This document shows positions 29,503 through 38,078 of a stretch of 64,000 nt of DNA, in pieces. Each line of letters begins with the position of its first letter. Positions within the stretch are counted from its first letter, which is position 1. The position numbers and the translations under genes were made by a program. The notes below the pieces were generated by a model. The model was not told the origin of the DNA. It saw nothing but the letters and a program-made list of their open reading frames with translations, and did no database searches. This stretch comes from an uncultured delta proteobacterium (lineage in GTDB: Bacteria; Desulfobacterota; Desulfuromonadia; Geobacterales; Pseudopelobacteraceae), in assembly GCA_963772835.1 (NCBI GenBank), contig CAVYYZ010000008.1:288001-352000 (forward strand), read 5' to 3'.

Positions 29503-30414
29503 ATGGATGAATTTCTTCAAAACAACGGTTTTCTTATCGTAACAATGGTTCAGCAGTCGCTCCTGGCCATGAGTCTCTACTACCCGCTCATGGCAGGGCA
29601 GTTAAGCCTTGCAAGCCCCGGATTTTATGCTCTGGGGGGGTATGTGGCCGCTATCATCGGTACCATTGAAGTCTTTGCCCCCTGGCGGGACTCTCTCGGT
29701 TGGGTTGTTTTTCCTCTTGAATGGCTTGCCGCCGGTGTACTAAGCGGACTACTGGCAGTTTTAGTAGGTATTCCTGCGCTGCGTCTTCGCGGTATTTATC
29801 TGGCTCTGGCCACTATCGCTTTCGTTGAGATTCTGCGCGTTGTCTGTCTGAACCTCGAGATTACCGGCGGTGCCATTGGTATTTTCGGCGTTCCACAGCT
29901 CTTCGAGAACCGCTGGAGTTATATCTGGACGTTCGGCCCGCTGTTGCTCCTGATGTTGCTGTTCAGCTATCGGCTAGATCGTTCAAGGGTAGGGAGGGCT
30001 TTCAAGGCGATCCGTGAGGATGAACTGGCTGCCGATGCCATGGGAATCAATCCGACCCGCTACAAGGTGCTGGCATTTGTGATCGGCGCGACGCTGGCGG
30101 GTGTCGTCGGGGCGATGAGCGCCCCGTTTCTCAATACCTGGAACGCCCGTCAGGGAACTTTTGACGCTTCGATCGCCTATCTGGCTTACGTCCTGATCGG
30201 CGGTAGTCGCTCCATGTGGGGCCCGCTGCTGGGAGGTATGATGCTGTCGGCTCTTCCTGAGGTTCTCAGGCCGCTCAAGGACTCCCGGCTGATTATTAAC
30301 GGATTTGTACTTGTGTTTGCCAGTATTTACATGCCAAAAGGGATTGCCGGGGCACTCGGTAACCTGAGAAACTTCACCGCCCTTAAACTGGGCTTGGGCC
30401 GGAGCGAAAAATGA
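29503..30414 (+). CDS. livM: Branched-chain amino acid ABC permease (LivM-type)
   Basis: AGQLSL, LRLRGIYLALAT, GRAFKAIREDELAA. Confidence 0.88.
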   Translation: MDEFLQNNGFLIVTMVQQSLLAMSLYYPLMAGQLSLASPGFYALGGYVAAIIGTIEVFAPWRDSLGWVVFPLEWLAAGVLSGLLAVLVGIPALRLRGIYLALATIAFVEILRVVCLNLEITGGAIGIFGVPQLFENRWSYIWTFGPLLLLMLLFSYRLDRSRVGRAFKAIREDELAADAMGINPTRYKVLAFVIGATLAGVVGAMSAPFLNTWNARQGTFDASIAYLAYVLIGGSRSMWGPLLGGMMLSALPEVLRPLKDSRLIINGFVLVFASIYMPKGIAGALGNLRNFTALKLGLGRSEK

Positions 30415-31175
30415 CGGTACTGCTTGAGGCAGAACGGCTCAGCCGCAACTTTGGCGGGCTGAGGGCCGTCAACAACGTCTCGTTTCAGGTCGCCGAGGGT
30501 GAAATTTTTGGACTGATCGGGCCGAATGGCGCCGGCAAGACAACCCTGTTTAATCTTATGACGGGGCTTACCCCCGTAAGTAGCGGATTACTGCGCTACC
30601 GTGGTAAAATTCTGACCGGCCTGCCGCCGCACCGTATTGCTGCAGAGGGTATCGGCCGTACTTTTCAGAATATCCGCCTTTTCAAGGGGCTGAGTGCCTT
30701 GGAAAATATCAAGGTTTCGCAGCATGTTACCACCAAAGCCGGCCTATTGAGCGGCATATTCGGTACTTCGGCGAGCAGGGCGGAAGAAAAAAAGGTTGAG
30801 GAAAAGGCCTGGGAACTTCTTACGCTGATAGGCTTGTCTGACAGGGCTACAGAGCTGGCTGAGAACTTTTCGTATGGAGATCAGCGTCGCCTGGAAATCG
30901 GTCGCGCTCTTGCGCTCGGTCCAAAAATATTGTTACTGGACGAGCCGGCGGCAGGTATGAATTCATCTGAAAAACATGGCCTTACGGAGTTTATCCGTTC
31001 CATTCGTGAACAGTTCAAGCTTACGGTGCTGCTCATAGAACACCATGTTCCACTTGTGATGAACCTGTGTGACCGGATTGCCGTGCTTAACTTTGGAGAG
31101 TTAATTACTGTTGGTGAGCCGTCTGAGGTGCAGAAAAATCCGGCCGTGATCGAAGCATACCTGGGGGCTGAGTAG
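30411..31175 (+). CDS. livG: Branched-chain amino acid ABC ATPase (LivG-type)
   Basis: [36 protein letters not shown]. Confidence 0.9.
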   Translation: MTVLLEAERLSRNFGGLRAVNNVSFQVAEGEIFGLIGPNGAGKTTLFNLMTGLTPVSSGLLRYRGKILTGLPPHRIAAEGIGRTFQNIRLFKGLSALENIKVSQHVTTKAGLLSGIFGTSASRAEEKKVEEKAWELLTLIGLSDRATELAENFSYGDQRRLEIGRALALGPKILLLDEPAAGMNSSEKHGLTEFIRSIREQFKLTVLLIEHHVPLVMNLCDRIAVLNFGELITVGEPSEVQKNPAVIEAYLGAE

Positions 31176-31886
31176 ATGGCATTATTGGAATTGAAAAACC
31201 TCAGTGTCAACTATGGCGCCATTCAGGCTGTGCGAAGCCTTGATATGGTGGTAAACAGCGGCGAAGTTGTAACGCTCATTGGCGCTAACGGAGCCGGGAA
31301 ATCAACAACGCTCCGCGCAGTTTCACGTCTGCTGAAAGTACGCGAGGGAAGTATTCATTTTGAAGGGAAAAACATTACTTCCCAGCCGCCCGATTCGGTG
31401 GTGCGGTCGGGAATTGCTCAGAGTCCGGAAGGGCGGCAGGTGCTTGCCCGGCAGAGCGTGCTTGGCAACCTTGAACTAGGTGCTTTTGTCAGAAAAGACC
31501 GTGCCGGCATTAAGAGCGATATTTCTAAAATGTTTCAGCTTTTTCCCCGGCTTGAAGAACGGAGTCAGCAATCGGCCGGCACTCTTTCGGGCGGCGAACA
31601 GCAGATGCTCGCCATTGCCAGGGCCATGATGAGCCGTCCGAAACTTCTAATGCTTGATGAACCGAGCCTTGGTCTGGCTCCGCTGATTGTACTGGAAATA
31701 TTTTCTATTATCCGAAATCTGAATTCCGAGGGGACAACCATTTTACTGGTCGAACAGAATGCCAAACTGGCAATGCAGCATTCTCACCGGACGTATGTCC
31801 TTGAAGCGGGGCAGATCACTTTTTCGGGTCCATCTCAGGAACTCCTCTCCGACGAGCGAGTATTACACGCCTATCTCGGCGGTTGA
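31176..31886 (+). CDS. livF: Branched-chain amino acid ABC ATPase (LivF-type)
   Basis: GANGAGKS, PEGR, LSGGEQQML, DEPSLGLAP. Confidence 0.9.
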   Translation: MALLELKNLSVNYGAIQAVRSLDMVVNSGEVVTLIGANGAGKSTTLRAVSRLLKVREGSIHFEGKNITSQPPDSVVRSGIAQSPEGRQVLARQSVLGNLELGAFVRKDRAGIKSDISKMFQLFPRLEERSQQSAGTLSGGEQQMLAIARAMMSRPKLLMLDEPSLGLAPLIVLEIFSIIRNLNSEGTTILLVEQNAKLAMQHSHRTYVLEAGQITFSGPSQELLSDERVLHAYLGG

Positions 31887-31891
31887 ACCGG

Positions 31892-34672
31892 TCAGTGTGC
31901 TTCGCTCCAGTTTGCTCCATAACTGATATCGACCTTAAGCGGAACCCTTGTTTCAACCGCATGCCCCATTTCTTCCTCCACCAGCTTTTCCACTCTCAGC
32001 AGTTCACCATCCGGAACCTCTAAAACCAGTTCGTCATGCACCTGCATAATCAGCCGGCATTGAAGATCTTCAAGGCGAATACGTGCATCAACACGTATCA
32101 TAGCCGCCTTGATTATATCGGCCGCAGATCCCTGGATCGGGTAGTTTATGGCGTTGCGTCTGGCAAAGGCCAACACATTGCCGTTTGAACTGTGTATGTC
32201 CGGGATCGGCAGGCGTCTGCCCAGAATTGTGGTGACATAGCCGGTTTCCTCCGCCTGCTGGATGCAGGAATCCAGATAGGCCATGGCACCTCTGTGGCGT
32301 TCGCGGTAGGCAGCGATGAACTCATCTGCCGTCTTGCGGGCGATTCCCAACTGTTTGGCAAGGGAAAAAGCCCCTTGACCGTAGATGATGCCGAAGTTAA
32401 TGGTTTTTGCCTGACGGCGCATTTCCGGCGTAACCATCTCGGGGAACAGGCCGAAGACTTCGGCAGCGGTACGGGTGTGGATATCTTCGTCGTTGGCAAA
32501 AGCGTGGCAGAAAACCGTATCACCTGAAAGGTCTGCGAGCACACGAAGCTCAATCTGTGAGTAGTCAGCAGAAAGAATCAGGTGGCCCGGCGGCGCGATA
32601 AAGGCGTGACGGATCATGCGCCCCTCATCGCTGCGGATCGGTATATTCTGCAGGTTCGGATCTGACGATGACAGCCGCCCGGTGTTGGTTACTGTCTGGT
32701 TGTAGGAGGTATGCACCCGTCCGCTCTTCGGGTTGACAAGGCGTGGGAGAGCGTCACTGTACGTTGATTTGAGCTTAGCAACTCCGCGATAATCCAAAAT
32801 CAGCCGGACAATCTCATGTTCTTCTGCCAGCGCCGTCAGAACTTCGTTGTCTGTCGACCAGCCGGTTTTCCCTTTGGTTTTTTTGCCGGTCTTCAGCCCC
32901 ATTTGTTCAAAGAGAACCTCTCCCATCTGTTTGGGTGAATTGAGATTGAAGTGTACGCCGGACAGCGAAAAAACAAGTTCCTCCAGTCGGGACATACGTT
33001 CGGCAAAATCGACCGATAGCCTGTTTAATAGGGGACAATCAAGGAGCACTCCGTGATTCTCCATTTCGGCCAGAATTGCAACCAGAGGCATCTCGACATC
33101 ATCAAACAGGCATTCGACCATGTTTGATGCCAGCAGCGGTTTAAACTTTTGACGCAGGAGCCAGGTGGCATCTGCATCTTCGCAGGCATAGCGAGACGCA
33201 GTTACGATGTCGACTTCGGAAAAGTTTTTCTGGATTTTGCCGCTTCCTGCTACATCGGAAAAGCTGATCATGCGGTGATTTAAATGCTCCTGTGCCAGGG
33301 CGTCAAGGCCGTGCCCATGCCGTGACGGATTAAGCAGATAGGAGGCAATCATGGTGTCGAACCAGAGCCCCGCCAGACGGATGCCGTTATTGGCCAGCAC
33401 CTGCATGTCGAACTTGATGTTTTGGCCTACCTTGCGCAGGACCGGATTCTCCAGAAGAGGCCGCAGGCGGTCGATAACTGTGACATAGGGAAGCTGGCCG
33501 GGTTGGAGGCCATTACCACTTTCTTCCCGGACGGGGAGAGGGTGGTTTTCTACTTCAAGGTAATGAGCGAACAGGTTCCCCTCCGCCACCGCGGGGCGGA
33601 CAGGAAGGGGAATCGACGTTACATGCCCGACCGGGATGTAATACGCTTCATGATCCAAAAAGGAGAACGAAAATCCGACAATATCCGCCAAACGAGGGTC
33701 GAGACTGGTGGTCTCAAGATCGAAGGCGAATTCACCCGCCTGTTCCAGAGCGTCCGCAAGGGCTCGAAGCCCTTCGATTGAAGTAACGGTGTGATACTGT
33801 TCCGCAGAAAGCGTCGCTTTTCCGGTCAGTTCCTTGACCAGTGTGGTGAACCCGAACTTTTTAAAGAACGTGTTCAGGACTTTCTGGTCCGGTTCCCGTG
33901 CCGTCAGCGTCTCCAGATCAACTTCAAGCGGGACATTGAGCTCTATCGTAGCCAGACGACGTGAGAGAAGCGCCTGCTCCCTGAATTCACGTAATCTTTC
34001 TCCGTTTTTTCCTTTGACCTCATCAGCCCGTAACAGTAAAAGATCAAGTGAACCGAACTCCTGAATCAGCTTGGTAGCGGTTTTTTCGCCAATACCCGGA
34101 ACACCGGGGATGTTATCCGAAGAATCTCCCGCCAGTCCCAAGATGTCAATAACCAGTTCCGGACCGACCCCAAATCGCTCAATTACTTCAGAAATTCCAG
34201 ATTCTTTCCCCTTCATGGTATCCAGTAGTGTGACGTGTTCGGTTACAATCTGCATCAGATCCTTGTCACCGGTAACCACCACCACCTTTCCTCCTTCTCT
34301 GGCAAAACGTCCGGCCAGAGCACCGATTATGTCGTCTGCCTCATATCCCTGCAGTTCCAGAGTCGGAATATTAAATGCCCGCACAACCTCGCGAATAGGA
34401 TCCATCTGAACGCGCAGATCATCGGGCATGGCGGAGCGATTAGCCTTGTATTCCGGGTACATTTCTGTGCGGAATGTGGTTCTCCCGGCGTCGAAGACCA
34501 CCGCCACATGTTGCGGGTTATAATCTTTCAGCAGTTTGAGCAGCATCTGGATGAAGCCGTAGATGGCGTTGGTCGGAAAACCGCTTGGCGATGAAAGGTG
34601 GCGGATTGCGTAGTAGGCACGATAAATATAGGAAGAGCCGTCAACCAGATAGAGGGTCTCATTAGATTTCAT
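31892..34672 (-). CDS. polA: DNA polymerase I
   Basis: 5'-exo LVDGSSYIYRAY, 3'-exo DLETT, motifs ADYSQIELR, RRQAKTINFGIIYG, QVHDEL. Confidence 0.98.
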   Translation of the reverse strand: MKSNETLYLVDGSSYIYRAYYAIRHLSSPSGFPTNAIYGFIQMLLKLLKDYNPQHVAVVFDAGRTTFRTEMYPEYKANRSAMPDDLRVQMDPIREVVRAFNIPTLELQGYEADDIIGALAGRFAREGGKVVVVTGDKDLMQIVTEHVTLLDTMKGKESGISEVIERFGVGPELVIDILGLAGDSSDNIPGVPGIGEKTATKLIQEFGSLDLLLLRADEVKGKNGERLREFREQALLSRRLATIELNVPLEVDLETLTAREPDQKVLNTFFKKFGFTTLVKELTGKATLSAEQYHTVTSIEGLRALADALEQAGEFAFDLETTSLDPRLADIVGFSFSFLDHEAYYIPVGHVTSIPLPVRPAVAEGNLFAHYLEVENHPLPVREESGNGLQPGQLPYVTVIDRLRPLLENPVLRKVGQNIKFDMQVLANNGIRLAGLWFDTMIASYLLNPSRHGHGLDALAQEHLNHRMISFSDVAGSGKIQKNFSEVDIVTASRYACEDADATWLLRQKFKPLLASNMVECLFDDVEMPLVAILAEMENHGVLLDCPLLNRLSVDFAERMSRLEELVFSLSGVHFNLNSPKQMGEVLFEQMGLKTGKKTKGKTGWSTDNEVLTALAEEHEIVRLILDYRGVAKLKSTYSDALPRLVNPKSGRVHTSYNQTVTNTGRLSSSDPNLQNIPIRSDEGRMIRHAFIAPPGHLILSADYSQIELRVLADLSGDTVFCHAFANDEDIHTRTAAEVFGLFPEMVTPEMRRQAKTINFGIIYGQGAFSLAKQLGIARKTADEFIAAYRERHRGAMAYLDSCIQQAEETGYVTTILGRRLPIPDIHSSNGNVLAFARRNAINYPIQGSAADIIKAAMIRVDARIRLEDLQCRLIMQVHDELVLEVPDGELLRVEKLVEEEMGHAVETRVPLKVDISYGANWSEAH

Positions 34673-34860
34673 AACTTTTCTTCTCCGTCCGCTGTTTCTC
34701 GTGTGAAAAGCGCAAAGGCCATGGCAGGGCGCTTACTCGATTCGCGCATGGCAAACTGCAGTCCGTCGAAATACCACCCTTTAGAACTCCATCTGTTAAG
34801 AGTATCTTCTATCGCATCTTCAGTAACAATTCCGATTTCAACTACCTTGTATTTAAGCAT
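34669..34860 (-). CDS. Small protein, DUF4177-like
   Basis: KYKVVE..IEDTLNRW..KGW; overlaps the polA start; family assigned from motif recall. Confidence 0.6.
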   Translation of the reverse strand: MLKYKVVEIGIVTEDAIEDTLNRWSSKGWYFDGLQFAMRESSKRPAMAFALFTRETADGEEKL

Positions 34861-34925
34861 GAATGTTTCCTTTGTCGAAGTGCTGCCGCTGTAATGGACC
34901 TGGACCAATGTCCCCGCTAAAATGC

Positions 34926-34951
34926 AAAAAAAAGGCGGCTCGAAAGCCGCC
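34926..34951 (-). terminator. Intrinsic terminator of the IclR gene
   Basis: ggcggct-ttcg-agccgcc followed by T8 on the minus strand. Confidence 0.75.
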
Positions 34952-34974
34952 CTGAATGTGTCTGTAAGGGACGA

Positions 34975-35757
34975 TTACTTCTGGAAACCAAGTTTTGCAG
35001 AAATTTCGTCCCCGGACTGCAGAACCAAAGGAATAAGTTCATTTTTAATCCGTTCGTCTGAAAAACGCATTGACGGGCCGGAGATACTGACGGCACCGAT
35101 AATGCGGCGGGTGTAATCCCGAATCGGTGCACTGACACATTTTACTCCGGTGTCCAACTCCTCATCATCGAACGCGTATCCCTGCTCGGCAATCTGTTTC
35201 AGTTGCTTTTTCAGGGTGTCACGGTCAGTGATGGTGTTGGGAGTATAGCTTTTCAGCTCTTTCGACGGCAGATACGTTTCAAGCTCTTCGTCACTCATGA
35301 AGGCTATCTGTACTTTGCCTGCTGCTGTGCAGTAAGCCGGCAGTCTTGATCCAACCCGCGGGACAACCCTGACGGTCATGGCAGTTTCAACAACATCAAG
35401 GTATACTATGTTGAAATCTTTCAAAATTGAAACATAGGTCGTCTCGTTGCAACTCGCTACCAACGCTTCGAGGACCGGTTTTGACTGCCTGAGCAACCCC
35501 ATCTGCTTTATAAAGGTTTGTCCGAGTTCAAGTGTTTTAAGGCCGAGACGGTAGTTCTCGGTTACTTTGTTCTGTTCGATATAACTTCGGGATTCAAGAG
35601 TCGCAAGCAACCTGAAGACATTGTTCTTATGAAGTTTCAAGCGTTTACTCAGTTCTGTAACACCCAGTTCATCAACTTCACCATGAAACTGTTCCAAAAG
35701 GTCAAGTGCGTGGGAAACTGCCTGTATGAGATATTCTGATTTTTCTTTTTTTGCCAT
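34975..35757 (-). CDS. IclR family transcriptional regulator
   Basis: N-terminal wHTH (LGVTELS..LHKNNVFRLL.TL), LPAYCTAAGK, GYAFDDEE..GVKCVSAPI. Confidence 0.92.
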   Translation of the reverse strand: MAKKEKSEYLIQAVSHALDLLEQFHGEVDELGVTELSKRLKLHKNNVFRLLATLESRSYIEQNKVTENYRLGLKTLELGQTFIKQMGLLRQSKPVLEALVASCNETTYVSILKDFNIVYLDVVETAMTVRVVPRVGSRLPAYCTAAGKVQIAFMSDEELETYLPSKELKSYTPNTITDRDTLKKQLKQIAEQGYAFDDEELDTGVKCVSAPIRDYTRRIIGAVSISGPSMRFSDERIKNELIPLVLQSGDEISAKLGFQK

Positions 35758-35988
35758 GAGATGTTTCCTTTTAATGAGTTGGAATAATAGAAAGTGTAAT
35801 GCAAGTTATCAAAATATCGTCATTAATTAAAAAACGGGTCAAATGGTGAACTTTACCGGCCATTTTTTAAAATGTTAGAATAATGTTTTACAATTGTCAA
35901 GTACGAAAAATTGCTTTATATTTAAATCATTGACGTTACCATGATTTTTTAAAGATTGGTCTGCATATAAAACACGTACGAGGAAGAT

Positions 35989-36444
35989 ATGCTGAACCTG
36001 TGTAAAAAAATACTTGTGGCAATTGACGGCTCCCCCCAATCGGACAAAGCTGCTGAAGAGGCTGTCCGGCTTGCCGCCGGCAATCAGAGCCAATTTAAAA
36101 GTCGAATTTATGCATTACTCGTACTGCCTAATGCCCCGGCTTCAACCTACACCGATTTTGTACCAACGGCCCCGGTGACAGAAACTAAAAAATGGGATGA
36201 ACTTCGGGAAAAAATATTTTATGTCGTAGAAAAATATGCCGCCGAACAGGGTATTCCGCTTGAGATGATTATCGAATATGGCGATCCGGCCGACAAAATA
36301 ATCAGCCTTGCCAAGCGCGAAGAAATTGATGTGATTGTCATTGGCAGCTCAGGCAAGGGGTTTATCCAGCGTAGAATCAAAGGGAGTATTTCCCATAAAG
36401 TGGCCAGTAATGCGGCATGTTCGGTTTTTATCGTGAGGGGTTGA
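35989..36444 (+). CDS. Universal stress protein
   Basis: KILVAIDGS, GDPADKII, VIGSSG..GSIS..V. Confidence 0.9.
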   Translation: MLNLCKKILVAIDGSPQSDKAAEEAVRLAAGNQSQFKSRIYALLVLPNAPASTYTDFVPTAPVTETKKWDELREKIFYVVEKYAAEQGIPLEMIIEYGDPADKIISLAKREEIDVIVIGSSGKGFIQRRIKGSISHKVASNAACSVFIVRG

Positions 36445-36467
36445 CCCGGAAGAGGTTCTTGATTTTT

Positions 36468-37256
36468 ATGTACAGTCTCATCACACGTCTGTTTTTCGTC
36501 ACGATCGCTCTATTGATGCCGCTATCAGCCGCCGCCGAATCTTTCCGCGTACCCATCCTGCTGTATCACCGGTTCGGGGCAACGGTGACGGATGGTATGA
36601 CGATAACAACCCCGGTTTTTGAAGCTCAGATGAAATATCTGCATGACAATGGCTATAAAGTAATTCCGCTGAGGCAGCTCGTTGATTTTTACCGGGGGAA
36701 AACGCCGGCACCGGGTCCCAAGTCAGTGGTAATCGTTGAAGATGATGCCCACAAGTCGGTGTATAGCGACATGCTGCCGATAATAAAAAAATATCGATAT
36801 CCAGTGACTGTTTTTGCCTACCCGTCAGCGATCTCCAACGCTAAATACGCTATGACCTGGCCCCAGATGCGGGAACTTACCAAAACAGGACTCTATGATG
36901 TGCAGTCGCATACATATTGGCATCCAAACTTTAAACGGGAGCGTAAAAAACTGACCGGGCCTGCGCTGGAATCTCTCGTCATGATGCAGTTGAATAAATC
37001 GAAAGCCCGACTGGAAACCGAGTTAGGGTCAAAAGTCGACATGCTTGCATGGCCTTTTGGCATATACGATGACTACCTGATTGCCAAGGCTTCCCAAGCC
37101 GGATATGTTGCTACCTTCAGTATTGAACGCCGCCATGCGACTGCATCCGATTCCATTATGAAGCTGCCACGCTATCTGTTGGTTAATGCTGACAGTGGCA
37201 AGGCTTTTGTACAGCTCCTTGAGGGTAATGCTGTCAAACGAAATGTTGCGTATTAA
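36468..37256 (+). CDS. Secreted polysaccharide deacetylase (CE4)
   Basis: Signal peptide, VPILLYHRF, EDD, QSHTYWHP, AWPFG. Confidence 0.85.
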   Translation: MYSLITRLFFVTIALLMPLSAAAESFRVPILLYHRFGATVTDGMTITTPVFEAQMKYLHDNGYKVIPLRQLVDFYRGKTPAPGPKSVVIVEDDAHKSVYSDMLPIIKKYRYPVTVFAYPSAISNAKYAMTWPQMRELTKTGLYDVQSHTYWHPNFKRERKKLTGPALESLVMMQLNKSKARLETELGSKVDMLAWPFGIYDDYLIAKASQAGYVATFSIERRHATASDSIMKLPRYLLVNADSGKAFVQLLEGNAVKRNVAY

Positions 37257-37441
37257 TGACTGCCGAGACTCACCAAAAGCACCCCTGTCCAGACTGTACC
37301 TGCTGCCAGAATTGTTCGGATGACCGCTGCCGCCTCTGCTTGGCCCCAAAGGGCGGTTGTCGTCGAAAACGTACTATGGCAGAGCAGATTGTCTTGTACG
37401 ATTCCCTGAATGCCGCCGATTCCAGCACGTTAAAGCAGTAA
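37256..37441 (+). CDS. Small Cys-rich hypothetical protein (61 aa, 8 Cys)
   Basis: TAATG stop/start coupling to the deacetylase; CPDCxCCxxC-x4-CxxC pattern. Confidence 0.6.
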   Translation: MTAETHQKHPCPDCTCCQNCSDDRCRLCLAPKGGCRRKRTMAEQIVLYDSLNAADSSTLKQ

Positions 37442-37592
37442 TTATAAATAACTATCCCATTGTCTGCTCTGTATGGATCTGGCGTAAATTGAGAAATAGT
37501 GTTATATTATCGAACGTTAGAATATTTCTCTTGGAATAATAAGCCGTAATATGATACGACTGTAAAGAGATTAAAAATTCAGGAGGTAGCAG

Positions 37593-38027
37593 GTGAAAAA
37601 AACAGCATTAGTAGTTCTCAGTATTGCCGCTCTCACCCTTGCAGGATGCAAAGACAAACCAAAGACTGAAGCTCCAGTCGCTGCTCCGCAGCAGGGTCAG
37701 ATGCCAGCCGCAGTGCCGGGCGGAGCCCCTGGGACCACTGCTCCAGGCGGAGATCCGCATGCCGGTATGAAGGCTCAGGAGATTCCCGCAGGAGCCGGTA
37801 AAAAAGCGACGGTTACCCAGACCATGAACTCAGGTGGCTACACGTATGTGGAAGCAGCTGACGAAAAAGGTGTGAAAGTCTGGTTGGCGCTGCCAGAAGT
37901 CAAAGTTGCCAAGGGCGACAAGATTGAGTACCCGGAAACTCCCCCTCTGGCTAACTTCCAGAGCAAAACTCTGAACAAGACGTTTGAAAAAATTTCTTTC
38001 ATCCCCGGTATCAGGATCGTAAAGTAA
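37593..38027 (+). CDS. Lipoprotein with a Pro/Ala linker and a small beta (OB-like) domain
   Basis: AGGAGG RBS and GTG start, lipobox LAGC, V.QTMNSGGYTYVE..WLA. Confidence 0.75.
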   Translation: MKKTALVVLSIAALTLAGCKDKPKTEAPVAAPQQGQMPAAVPGGAPGTTAPGGDPHAGMKAQEIPAGAGKKATVTQTMNSGGYTYVEAADEKGVKVWLALPEVKVAKGDKIEYPETPPLANFQSKTLNKTFEKISFIPGIRIVK

Positions 38028-38048
38028 GATTCAGGGTTCGAAACACTG

Positions 38049-38078
38049 ACGGGGTCATGAAAATGACCCCGTTTTTTT
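38049..38078 (+). terminator. Intrinsic terminator
   Basis: acggggtcat-gaaa-atgaccccgt followed by a T run. Confidence 0.8.
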
